From Azolla caroliniana (lineage: Eukaryota > Plantae > Polypodiophyta), in contig JBHGNT010000014.1 of the NCBI GenBank assembly GCA_043228905.1, positions 4,278,001-4,342,000 of the forward strand: a stretch of DNA of 64,000 nucleotides, given 5' to 3'. Positions 22,354 through 33,390 of the stretch are shown here, one piece after another. Numbering within the stretch: position 1 is the first letter of the stretch; every line of letters starts with the position of its first letter. The position numbers and the translations under genes were made by a program. The notes beneath the pieces were generated by a model. It saw nothing but the letters and a program-made list of their open reading frames with translations. It made no database searches and had not been told where the DNA came from.

Positions 22354-24462
22354 TGTTGGGAAATAGGTTCCTCTGGATGGGAAGAGAAGAACCGATTTGG
22401 TGAGTAACTCGGCCAAGGCCAAAACCGAAATCAAGGACACAAGGGTAATTCGACCGAGGCCGAAATTGAAATAAAAACCGGCATCGAAATTGAAATTTAT
22501 TCGGAAGACTATAATTGTAAATACTCTAAAATGCCTCTTAGGGGCTATACATGTAAATAGCCAGAAAGTTGCTTTTGTCTATAAGCAACTAGGGAAAACT
22601 TTAGTAAATAGTAGTTGATCATTATTGAAAAGTTAGAACGAGGTAGTTGCCTTTGTAATCGTTGTCGCGATATTCCGCGAGTACGTGTAAGATCCAAGGT
22701 GGGACCGCGGGGGTCTTGGACTAGGGAGTAGAGGGTACTGGGAGACTAATTCCCTCCGTGATCGACCGCACCAGAGTAGCACAAAACCGGATCGTTACCG
22801 GTTTGGGTACAGGAGGCTACTAAATCAGAAAAGAGGGCGAGATGGATAGAGAGAGAGAGAGAGAGACCACGCACGCACGCAACATTGGCCTAACTCACGC
22901 CCTTATGTACAAAAACAAAGGGAAAGAAACGCATCCGACACCAACAAAGACACAAATATGCATAACCTGTTATATATAATTACAAGAGCAAGATACAACT
23001 CCGGCTTCGAGCCGGACCAAGGTAGGTTAGGTTACAACAACCGTCTACTGCCAAGTCGCCGATCGGGGAGCTCTCGGGCTCGTCGCGCCGAGTGGGGTCT
23101 TGCACAGGAGACCAAGTAGAAGCAAACCCCACTGAACATACAAGCTCTTCACCGGACTCAACCCTAAATAGACACGAAGGAGAAGAAGAAGTCGAAGAAC
23201 CCTAACCGAAAACATGAAAGTAAGAAGAAGAAGAAGAAGAAAGCTACCAAGATAACACCCTAAAACAAAGTAGGGAGAAAAGACCAAAGTACAAACCTTA
23301 AGAGAATAAGAGAAAGATGAAGACCAAGAACTACCCTAAATCTAACGGTATACCCTCCCAATTCAAAATGGGCAAGCCCTCTACAAGGGACCCTTCGTTC
23401 CTTTTATAGAACAAGGAGAGGGATGCATAACAATGTGGGATAAATCCCGATTTACATGGGATCCTCTGTCCCGATTTAACTCCTTCTCGGCACCATAAGG
23501 GCACCCCTATTATTCACATGTTTATACAAGGGTAAGTGCACATGATGCACTTTGCCGATGTTTCCAATATTTCCTGGTTTCTCACCGTGACCCGGAATCT
23601 TCACTACATCCGCCCCCACCAAACCACACGTCCACCGGTACGTGCCAAGTTCGGAGAAGGGTGAAAGATTCCGGCCGGTGAGGAACCCGTCTTCCGTAAT
23701 CTACATTTTGGCTGTCGTGTTGGCCTTGCCGGTTTGAATCGTCGGCTCCGGTTCCTTCTCCGCACTTGCCTCTCCGTAGGCTCGTTTGACCCGTCGTTAG
23801 GTCATTCACAGTGATCCCGTGGTCTGCGTGCTTCCCTGTAGGCCCTTCTTTCGACTGCATTCACGCTTCTCGTTCCTTCGGATACGCGGTGTCCTCCATC
23901 CGAGGAGCACCCGTGATGGCCCGCTTGGCCTCTGTCGACCTTCGCGTCGTCCCGATTCTCGTTCCACACTGACCTCCAACGCTTTTGTCCCTCGCCATCG
24001 CCTACCTTCTCCTTGGTCTTATGCTGCCATGACGATCGAATTGCCAAGGTCTCCAGAACCAGTGTGGAGGATCCCTCTCTGGCCTTCTACATGAGATCGC
24101 TTGGACCCACAACTCATCTTCGTGCATGTATTCCTCCTCTAGTACCTCTGTTGTCGTAGTGTAATTCACACACTACATGAAAATTGCATTTTGGTCCTTC
24201 CGAATGGGACAAGGAAGAATCGGCAAGAAAGACCCAGTGCGAACCGGAAGGAGGAACCGGTAAGGACTGAACCCGGTAAGGAGACCCAACAAGAGCCGGA
24301 TGAAAAAGGCCGGTGAGAGTCAGTGAGAAACGAGCGAAGAGGACCGGTAAGGAGGACTTGGTAAGAACCGGATAAAGAAAACCGGCGAGAACCGGATGAA
24401 GAAGGCCGGTGAGAGTCTCTCACCGGATGAAGAGACAAATTTGTAAGTAAAAGAAAAGATTG

Positions 24463-24537
24463 TTACATGCATAGGGCAAGATTCAAACCTTGCACCTCCA
24501 TGTTAATAATATTAAGCCTTACCACTATACTAGCATA
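24463..24537 (-). ncRNA. tRNA-like A-box/B-box cassette in the LTR (second copy ~27562-27635); not a canonical tRNA
   Basis: The minus strand of the 3' LTR copy reads TAGTATAGTGGTAA...GGTTCGAATC with tRNA spacing. The anticodon arm does not pair. Confidence 0.5.
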
Positions 24538-25072
24538 TTATGAATTTTAAAGTTATACTAAACTTTATCCCATGTAAATATTTTAGATATACACCAGTAC
24601 AAAAAGTTACTCATACATACACAGTCGAGTTAAAAGAAAAGATGGGATAGAAAGCTAATCATGCACATGGAGTGTGCATGAAAACTAAAGTTAGAAAAAG
24701 CATGTTAGATAAAGCATATAGTCTATAGTTAGAGAAAAAACATGGATTGTGAAGACTCTATCATCACTATATAAGGATGAGGAGCACAATGTAATAGGGG
24801 GTGAAATACTTGGAAATTGGATATATTTCCTAAAACACCAATTAATATAATATATTCTTGGGATTCACGAATTTGTGATCAAAATTGTCTCTTACTATCT
24901 AAATATTGATTAAATACACTAAACTCATGGGATTCACGAGATTCATAACTTACCTATCTTTCTACCTATTCATAACTAGCCTTATATTGTATTCTTCTTT
25001 CTCCTAGTCCAAAACCTCAGTGGTTCCCACCCGACTCACGCAACGATCTGGAGCCGAAAGGCACGACACAAG

Positions 25073-25090
25073 TGGTGAACCTGACGTGAA
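25073..25090 (+). promoter_or_regulatory. PBS, tRNA-Trp type
   Basis: TGGTGAACCTGACGTGAA is one mismatch from TGGTGAACCCGACGTGAA, the complement of the plant tRNA-Trp 3' end as I recall it. Confidence 0.85.
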
Positions 25091-25106
25091 GACGGGTGGC
25101 AAAGAG

Positions 25107-27200
25107 ATGGAGAATCAACAAGAGGCGATGACCATAATGATGATGATGATTGAGCGGATGCAACAAGAACAACGTGCGATGTCGGAGATGAAGGCGGTAG
25201 TAGAGCGGCTTCTACGACGAAATGGGGAATCAATGGAAAGGATGTGTCATGCTATCTATGTGACTACAAGGCAGAGATGATGCGATGTGGGAGACCGAAA
25301 GGATTGCAAGTGATATCCTTCAGCCGGGTAACCACGGATGGGTTACAAGAGAGAATCTACAAGATACGGCAACAAAACCCAACATGGGGGTCCTTTGAAG
25401 AAGCTTTACGAGAGGCATATGACTACGAGAGATCGAAGGGACGAGATCGGCGAGAGTTCAATGAATGGGTGGCATTGGAGAAGACCCACTGAAGTGCAAC
25501 ACTAGCATTCTTAGAGTTTGAGTATCGTTTTGCTCAACTCTCAGAGCGGGAAGAACGATTGGTGGGGATGGATAATGTCCTAATGTTCGTGAAGTCGATC
25601 AATCAGAAAGAAATCATGGACATCGGGATCAAACTCGAAGACGATGACGGTGCAAATGGTCTTACCGAGGATTGGGCTGAAGTCGAAAGGGTATGCTGGA
25701 CACATGATGAGAGGAAGATGAGAATCTTGTCAACAACTACATGGCTCATGAAGGATGGTCAATTGAGGACAAACGATGTAGCCGACATGAAGGCCGAAAT
25801 ACAATACGAAGGTACCACGGGAGAGGGTGTAGAACAAGCTACCCTCTTGTCTTGCAAAAGAACGACGGCGAAGGATAAGGCCAATAGACTAAGAGTGGCG
25901 AACACCACTTCAAGTGTAGAAGAAGATTTTGGGATACGAGTGTTCGAGACATCGGATGAGAAAGAGTTAAGCATAATAGATGCCTTCATAATTGATGGAG
26001 ATAAAGAGTGCGAGGCGGACTTGATTAAGGAGGTCGCCGCAAAAGATTACATCGAATCGGAGGTGGCTATGGACAAATCAATGTCGGATGACCATATCAA
26101 GACTTTCCCATCACTAATTCTAGAGACTCCGGCGGTTGCGTCTGAAAGGCAACGTGAGACTGAAGAGACGGAAGGTGGCGGAGAGAAAACAAAGGTCGAA
26201 GCCGATGCATACGATGGAGAGATAGCCGAGAAGGTGGCTATAGGTGAAACAACGGAGGACGATAATACCGTGGATTTCTGCCCACTAATTCTAGAGACTT
26301 CGGCAGTTGTGTCCGAGAACCAACGTGAGACCGGAGAGACGGGAGGTGGGAGTAAAGAATGTAAAATGGGAAGTGGGTTCGGATGGAAGATCATCAGGTC
26401 AGAATTCCGGTCTAAAAGAAAGCTAAAGCAAGCGGAAGTGGATTCGGGAAAAATCCGAGAGTTCGACGCGGACGGAAATCATTCCAACCGGAAGCTGATC
26501 GAACGACACCGATCCGGAAAGAAGTTCTGGAAATCAAACTGGTCGAGACCGGTGAAAACAAAGAAATGAAAGAAAATCCAGACGGAAACCGATCGGTTGA
26601 AACCGACTTGAAAGGGGGCCGAATCGGTAAAAACCGATCAACCGATTCCGATTCGGACAAATATGAATCGAAATGGAAGCCGATCTAACCGAAAGATGAT
26701 CAGACGACACCAATATAGAAAGAAGCTTATCCGACTCAACCGGAGGTCGGAGAGATCCAAGATGATAAAGACAAGGAAGAGGCCAAGTAGGTGCACTACA
26801 AAGGATGACAAGGACCAAGCGGGCCAACCAAATTTGAAGGGTGTTACCAAGGATGAGATCGCGACAAAGGAGGGCTTTATCATGAAGATTGTCAATTCTA
26901 ACACGATATTATACGACAAAGGTGGACGAAGTGGAAAGCATGTCTCCTGCACAAGAAGAGCACAAGGAGCCATCACAGCCGATCATGGCAATTCAAAGAA
27001 TGAAAGAAGAATATGGTGGATCGGATGGCAACAATGGTTCGGGTGGAAAGAATGTATATACTCAAAATGGAGAGACAAAGTCGACATAGCAAGCGAAACG
27101 AAGGGTACTACGAGTAAAGGAGAATTACGAGAAACCTGCAACCGAACAGAACCGACAACGAGACTAACAATCACCGACAACTTCGGCACATACCGGAGGA
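25107..27200 (+). pseudogene. Gag-like protein with a long acidic, low-complexity C-terminal extension (decayed)
   Basis: Fragments at 25020-25280, 25244-25492 and 25559-26569 carry repeated PLILET(P/S)AV motifs. No PR, RT, RH or IN motifs appear before the PPT. Confidence 0.7.
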
Positions 27201-30200
27201 TGTGCGGGTTTGGAGGGGGCGAGTGTCGTAGTATAATTCGCACACTACATGAAAATTGCATTTTGGTCCTTCTGAATGGGACAAGGAGGAATCGGCAAGA
27301 AAGACCCAGTGCGAACCGGAAGGAGGAACCGGTAAGGACCGAACCCGGTAAGGAGACCCAGCAAGAGCCGGATGAAAAAGGCCGGTGAGAGTCGGTGAGA
27401 AATGAACGAAGAGGACCGGTAAGGAGGACCCGGTAAGAACCGGATAAAGAAAACCGGCGAGATCTGGATGAAGCAGACCCGGTAAGAACCGGATGAAGAA
27501 GGCCAGTGAGAGTATCTCACCGGATGAAGAGACAAATTTGTAAATAAAAGAAAAGATTGTTACATGCATAAGGAAAGATTCGAACCTTGCACCTCCATGT
27601 TAGTAATGTTAAGCCTTACCACTATACTAGCATATTATGAATTTTAAAGTTATACTAAACTTTATCCCATGTAAATATTCTAGATATGCACCAGTACAAA
27701 AAGTTACTCATACATACACACTCGAGTTAAAAGAAAAGGTGGGATAGAAAGCTAATCATGCACATGGAGTGTGCATGAAAACTAAAGTTAGAAAAAGCAT
27801 GTTAGATAAAGCATATAGTCTATAGTTAGAGAAAAAACATGGATTGTGAAGACTCTCTCATCACTATATAAGGATGAGGAGCACAATGTCATACGGGGTG
27901 AAATACTTGGAAATTGGATATATTTCCTAAAACACCAATTAATATATATATATTTGTGGGATTCATGAATTTGTGATCAAAATTGTCTCTTACTATCTAA
28001 ATATTGATTAAATACACTAAACTCATGGGATTCACGAGATTCATAACTTACCTATCTTTCTACCTATTCATAACTAGCCTTATATTATATTCTTGTTTCT
28101 CCTAGTCCAAAACCTCAGTTGCTCCCACCCGACTCACGCAACGATCCGGAGCCAAAAGGCACGACACCGTGTGTTGCGCATCCCCTTCTCGTGTTCGACA
28201 CCGCCCGTGCCAAACTCCGATTACTTCCCATGCATGCGTCGTCGGCCCTTGCCCGACCAGATCGTGCATCGCCGCTTCTCCACACACCGGCGTCCTTTGC
28301 ATAACAGGAACACCCCGTAGTAGCCGGCTTGGCCACTTTCGTCTTCCGCGGTTGCCACCAGTTCGGAGCCTTCCGCTTGGCGTCGTCCCCTCATCCCCAC
28401 CAGTTTGTTACTTTAGGTTTGGCCTGCCACGCCAGTCGTTCCGACTCTGACTGAGCCGCCGAGATCTCCGAAGAGGGTGCGTCAGATCCTTCTCTGGCCC
28501 TCGATCCTGTTTTCGGTCACCGACTTGTGTACCGAGTGCATCTGATCTTTGTCTTGCCAACTCTGTTGGTCAGGTCCGTATCCGGTTCATGGCCCCATCG
28601 TTGGCCTGATACCTCTTTCCACTCTTTCGGCCCTTGCTTTGTCTGATCCCATTCGCCTACCACCACCGTCAGTCTCTCGGTCTTACCTCAGCTCCGCTGC
28701 CGACTGCCAAAATCTCCGGATCGGTGTGAGGATCGCTCATCCGCACTTCCCGCATCGCCGTTTCCCGTTTCCTGCCCCACCATCCTTCTCACTCGGTTTC
28801 ACGTTGCCATGTCGGCTTCAACTGCCGGTGTCTCCGGATCGGTGTGAGGATCCCATAGGGCCGTCTTCCACATTGTCTTCCGGCCGTGTCGGATCCGCGT
28901 CTCCGTCCTTCGTCCTTGCCGGAAGGCCCGATCTCGGTTAGTGGCCGCCTTGCCGGCCCTGATACCGCCATGCCCGCTCGTTCTCTCTTGCTGCATCGCC
29001 GGTTCCCGTTTCCTACTGCCACCATTCTTCTTATTTGATCTCACGTTGCCATGTCCGCTTGAACTTCCAGTGTCTCCGGATTGGTGTGAGGATCCCATAG
29101 GACCATCCAATCACTACCTTTGCCCTCGTCCCCTCGCTGCCACCATCCTTCTCTTGGTCTTACGTCGGTTCCGTTGTCGACTGCTGAAGTCTCTAGGCCG
29201 GTGTGGAGGATCCTCCTTAGGCCTCCCGTCATTCCTGACCTTATCTCGGGTCATCCTTCTCCGCATGTCAAGAGGGTGGCTTGCTCCACACCCTCTCCCA
29301 TGGTACCGTGGTACCGTATTCCCGGCCTCTCCGAAGGCCTGCTTCCTCCACCCTTCCGGATCGGTTATCCGGAAGTCCGCCCTACCCGGTTCTCGTTTGG
29401 GCTCATCCGATCTCTCTGAATTGCCGGGTCCCGTTCTCCTACCGCCACCGTCAGTATCTTGGTCTTATGTCGGATCCGATGCCGACCACCCAAGTCTCTA
29501 GCCCGGTGTGAGGTGACCCGTAGGACCGGTCTTCGTTCCACCGCTTTCGGATCAGTTGTATTGGCCGTGACTTCCGTGTCCTCGCCGCCACTTTCTGTCT
29601 CTTAGGTCTTCCGTTGGTTCTCGGATGCAACTGCCTAAGTCTCAGGAATGAGTGTGGAGGACCCATACTTCAGTCAACTGCCTCTTTCATTTCTCCCTGC
29701 CACCATCGACCGCCTTTCTTGCGCTTCCCCACCATCTCCCTTCTCTTTCGATCTCATGTTGCCTCGCCGGCCGAACTGCCGAAGTCTCCAATCAAAATGT
29801 GGGGATACCGATTTCGTAATGACTACCGACGACTCGTCCAGGGCCACCGACCCTTTTAGTGGTGTCGGTGGAAAGCATTCTCTCTATGATCGATCAAGCC
29901 CCACTTGGGCTTAATTCTCCAATGTCCGGAGTTTCGACTCCGATGTCGATCCCGCCGGACTCTCGACCATCTTCTTCCCGATTCCCGACCTTCTCCCGGT
30001 CGGTCTTTCTTCCCATGTAAAAGAGGGCGGCTCATTCCGCACCCTCTCCCGTATCGGCACCTTCATACCGAACCTTGCCCCTGTCGAACAATCCACATCT
30101 AGATCGTGCTCCACTCTAATCGGAACGCCGACCAGTTCGATCCCCGGTCGGGTCGACTTCCGATTTCGCTCCCTTCGGCGCCGGCTCTCATTTCCTCTTT

Positions 30201-30406
30201 CTTCTCTGCTGCGGCTCCGTCCTCAACCTCCTCGCAGGCCGTTTCCCATCCTTCTTCGCTGGCGTCTTCCATCTCTCTACTCTTATGCCGGCACATGGGC
30301 TTGACTGCCGGAGTCTCCAGAATCCGTGTGCAGGGTTCTTCTCCGCTGTCGACCTCCTCCTTGGCCGGTCTTTCTCCGCAAGTCGAGAGAGCGTCTCGCT
30401 CCACAC

Positions 30407-30865
30407 TGTTACCCGGCCAACAAAGGAGCTAAGGACACCAACACCAGGGTGTGAAAAGGGGAATTGTTATTTAGGGAATCTATTGTAATTACTAATCTTA
30501 ATATATTAATATATGAGAAGATGTGGACGGACAGACCGGAATCTGTATGCCGATCCGGATCCCGACCGATCCTGAATAGGTGCCGGTTGGCACCATTTTG
30601 TACTTCGCACCGGTGACCTATATAAAGGCCCGGTTACAATGTAGTCATTAACGGAGAGTAATATAAACGTTTTGTTTAATCATTGAGTATTGTTCACTAT
30701 TATGTGATTATGGTATATCTTATGCGTGTTGATAACGTATTACTAGTAACCAATGAAGGTCTAATTAAGCATTGTGTCATAAGTTACCTCGCCGTAACAC
30801 CCTTTGGTGAAGTGTCTTAAGGGGACACCCTATGTTAGGTTGTTGTCCGGCCCTAAGGATTAACA
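30407..30865 (+). mobile_element. Solo LTR (459 bp) of the Gypsy family at 1-5520
   Basis: TGTTA...TAACA termini with a perfect TSD CACAC. An empty-site paralogue (GCTCCACACCCTCTCCCATGG) lies at ~29283. Confidence 0.92.
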
Positions 30866-32743
30866 CACACCCTCTCCCATGGTACCATCATACCATTCGT
30901 CGGCCTCTGCCTGGGTCTTGTCCACCTTGTCCAGAAGAACGACTTGCTCTGAGTCTTCGGAATCTATCCGTGTGCCGGATCTCTCTTCTTCTTCAACCAT
31001 CGCCTTCAAAGCCTCGAACGCTTCCCGGACCAAGGCTTCGACATCGAGCTTCGACGAACCTTCTTGTTGCATGCCCGCTTCTTGTCGTGATGACACGTCG
31101 TCGCGCGTTATCTTCCTTTTTCCTTTCGCAAACTGCTCCTCATCCAACTATCGGCATACTCGTTCGACTTCCGACCATTCCTCGGTAAGGCCATTCGCTC
31201 TGTCATCGTCTTCGAGCTCAATCCCAATGGCCTCTCGTTCCGCTCGGTCAATCAACCTAACGAACAACAGGGTTGTGTCTGCCCCCACCAAACTTTGCTC
31301 CCGCTCCAGGAGCCGAACAAGCCCCCGCTCGAACTCCCGAAACGCCTTCGTTGCGCCTCGGTGGGTCTTCGCCGATGCAACCCACTAGTCGAAGTCGCAT
31401 CGTCCCCGGCTCTTCCGTCGTCCTCCATATGCCTATAGGAGCGCCTCTTCGAAAAACTCCCATGAACTATGAGCTTCTCGGAGCTCCTTTACTTCTTTCC
31501 GTGTGCATCCGGATGGCAATGCCCCGACAAAAGAACTCCAACCTCCACACACCGTCTACGCTTCGCACCTCCATTTCTGCGTTGTAGGCTTCCAAGTAGC
31601 ATGCGACTTTGTCCCCATTGAAACGGCCGACTCTCTCAACCACTCCCTTAATAGCTTGGTGCGCTGCTTCCTTCCTCATCTCCACTCGTTCGAACTCCAA
31701 CACCACTTCAGCCATCATCTCCGCGAAGTCATTGTCTTCCGACTCCATCCTCCCTTGCCGCCTTTTCACGTCTGGTTCACCAAAGATGTCGCGATATTCC
31801 GCGAGTACATGTAGGATCCAAGGCGGAACCGCGAGGTTCTTGGACTAGGGAGTAGAGGGTACCGGGAGACTGACTCTCTTCGTGACCGTCCGCACTAGAG
31901 TAGCACAAAACCGGATCGTTACCGGTTTGGGTACAGGAGGCTACTAAATTAGAAAAGAGGGCGAAATGGATAGAGAGAGAGAGAGAGCACGCACGCACGC
32001 AACACCGGCCTAACTCACGCCCTTATGTATAGAAATAAAGGGAAAGAAACGCACCTGACACCAATAGAGACACAAATATGCAGAACCTGTTATATATAAT
32101 TACAAGAGCAAGATACAACTCCGGCTTCGAGCCGGTCCAAGGTAGGTTAGGTTACAATAGCCGTCTACTGCCAAGTCGCCGATCGGGGAGCTCTCGGGCT
32201 CGTCGCGCCAAGCGGGGTCTTGCACAGGAGACCAAGCAGAAGCAAACCCCACTAAACATACAAGCTCTTCACCAACACGAAGGAGAAGAAGAAGAAGAAG
32301 AACCCTAACCGAAAACAAGAAAGTAAGAAGAAGAAGAAGAAAGCTACTAAGATGAAACCCTAAAACAAAGTAGGGAGAAAAGACCAAAGTACAAACCCTA
32401 AAAGAATAAGAGAAAGATGAAGACCAAGAACTACCCTAAATCTAACAGTATACCCTCCTAACTCAAAATGGGCAACCCCTCTACAAGAGACCCTCCCTTT
32501 CTTTTATAGAATAAGGAGAGGGATGTGTAACAATGTGGGATAAATCCCGTTTTACATGGGATCCTCTGTCCCGACTTAACTCCTATTATTCACACGGTTA
32601 TACAAGGGTAAAGGGTAAGTGCACATGATGCACTTCACCGATGCTTCATATATTCCCCGGTTACTCACCATGGCCTGGAATCTTCACGACACCGTGAGTG
32701 AGAGAGTGGGAGTGTAACTCTCTAGCAGTATTGTCATAGACAC

Positions 32744-32817
32744 AATGAAATGTAGGGGGTTGAACCCATGACCTCTTGGTCTTATTGGGAAACCCTACCA
32801 ATTGAGCTACATTCCAT
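32744..32817 (-). ncRNA. tRNA-shaped cassette at the start of the chromovirus LTR (second copy ~33473-33545)
   Basis: Minus strand, consensus of the two copies: TGGAATG TAGCTCAATTGGTAGGGT...GGTC ATGGG TTCAACC CCCTA CATTCCA. It has a 7-bp acceptor-like stem, an A box and a B box over about 72 nt. Confidence 0.6.
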
Positions 32818-33169
32818 CTATGTATTATTGTATTGTATAAGTTTCAACTTATTACATTGTAAGTTAATCACTAGAACTTTCAAGAAACTTCTAGAGAATG
32901 CATAGACATGCACTCTCTAGAAGTTTCCATGCTTCTCTAGATATTTCCTAGCTTACATGGATAGCACCACATTCTTGTATAAATACTTCGGTGCACCTTG
33001 ACTACAATCAAGGTGAACAAACTGTCACGGACGTAGACGAGGGCAAGGACAAGTAGGCGAGCTCAATATTAACAAAGAGAGAAAGATAGATATATAGATA
33101 GAGAGGAGCATAGACAAGAGAACAAGAGAGAGAGGAGCATAGACTCTAACATTCTTCTCGAATTCCATA

Positions 33170-33390
33170 ACACCACCCTCCTCCACCGCCAGCTGTGGAA
33201 TTGTCGACGGGCAAAGAATATGAGGTTGACCAAATCCTCGACTCTCAATATCGTCGTTGATAGCTCTGATATTTGGTCTTATGGAAAGGTTACCCCATTT
33301 CAGACGCCACATGGGAACCAATTACACATTTACAAAATGCTTCGGAGGCCATTCGCGATTTTCATCAACGATACCCACATAAGCCATTCA
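33170..33390 (+). pseudogene. Integrase C-terminal chromodomain (group I, Tcn1-like)
   Basis: Translates as PPPPAVELSTGKEYEVDQILDSQYRR**L*YLVLWKGYPISDATWEPITHLQNASEAIRDFHQRYPHKP. Confidence 0.88.

Larger units (their letters stand above)
24152..28166 (+). mobile_element. tRNA-Trp-primed gag-only LTR element, copy 2 (4015 bp, complete structure)
   Basis: LTRs 24152-25068 and 27224-28166 (TGTCGT...ACGACA), PBS 25073-25090, PPT GGAGGGGGCGAG at 27212-27223, 4-bp flanks CTGT/CCGT. Confidence 0.92.
22663..32691 (-). mobile_element. tRNA-Trp-primed gag-only LTR element, copy 3 (hosts copy 2 and a solo LTR)
   Basis: LTRs at 22663-23608 and 31787-32691. Minus-strand PBS TGGTGAACCAGACGTGAA at 31765-31782 and PPT at 23609-23620. 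The 4-bp flanks are TCGT/CCGT. Gag fragments lie at 30860-31769, with no pol motifs. Confidence 0.88.

Noticed and set aside
26663-27388. 241-aa basic ORF and other Arg/Ser-rich ORFs at 28093-30488
   Set aside because: These are alternative frames of low-complexity, repeat-rich element DNA. The ORF runs through the PPT into the LTR and has no recognisable domain.
32744-32817. Functional tRNA gene
   Set aside because: The anticodon stem does not pair and the unit is duplicated as part of an LTR, so it is reported only as tRNA-like.
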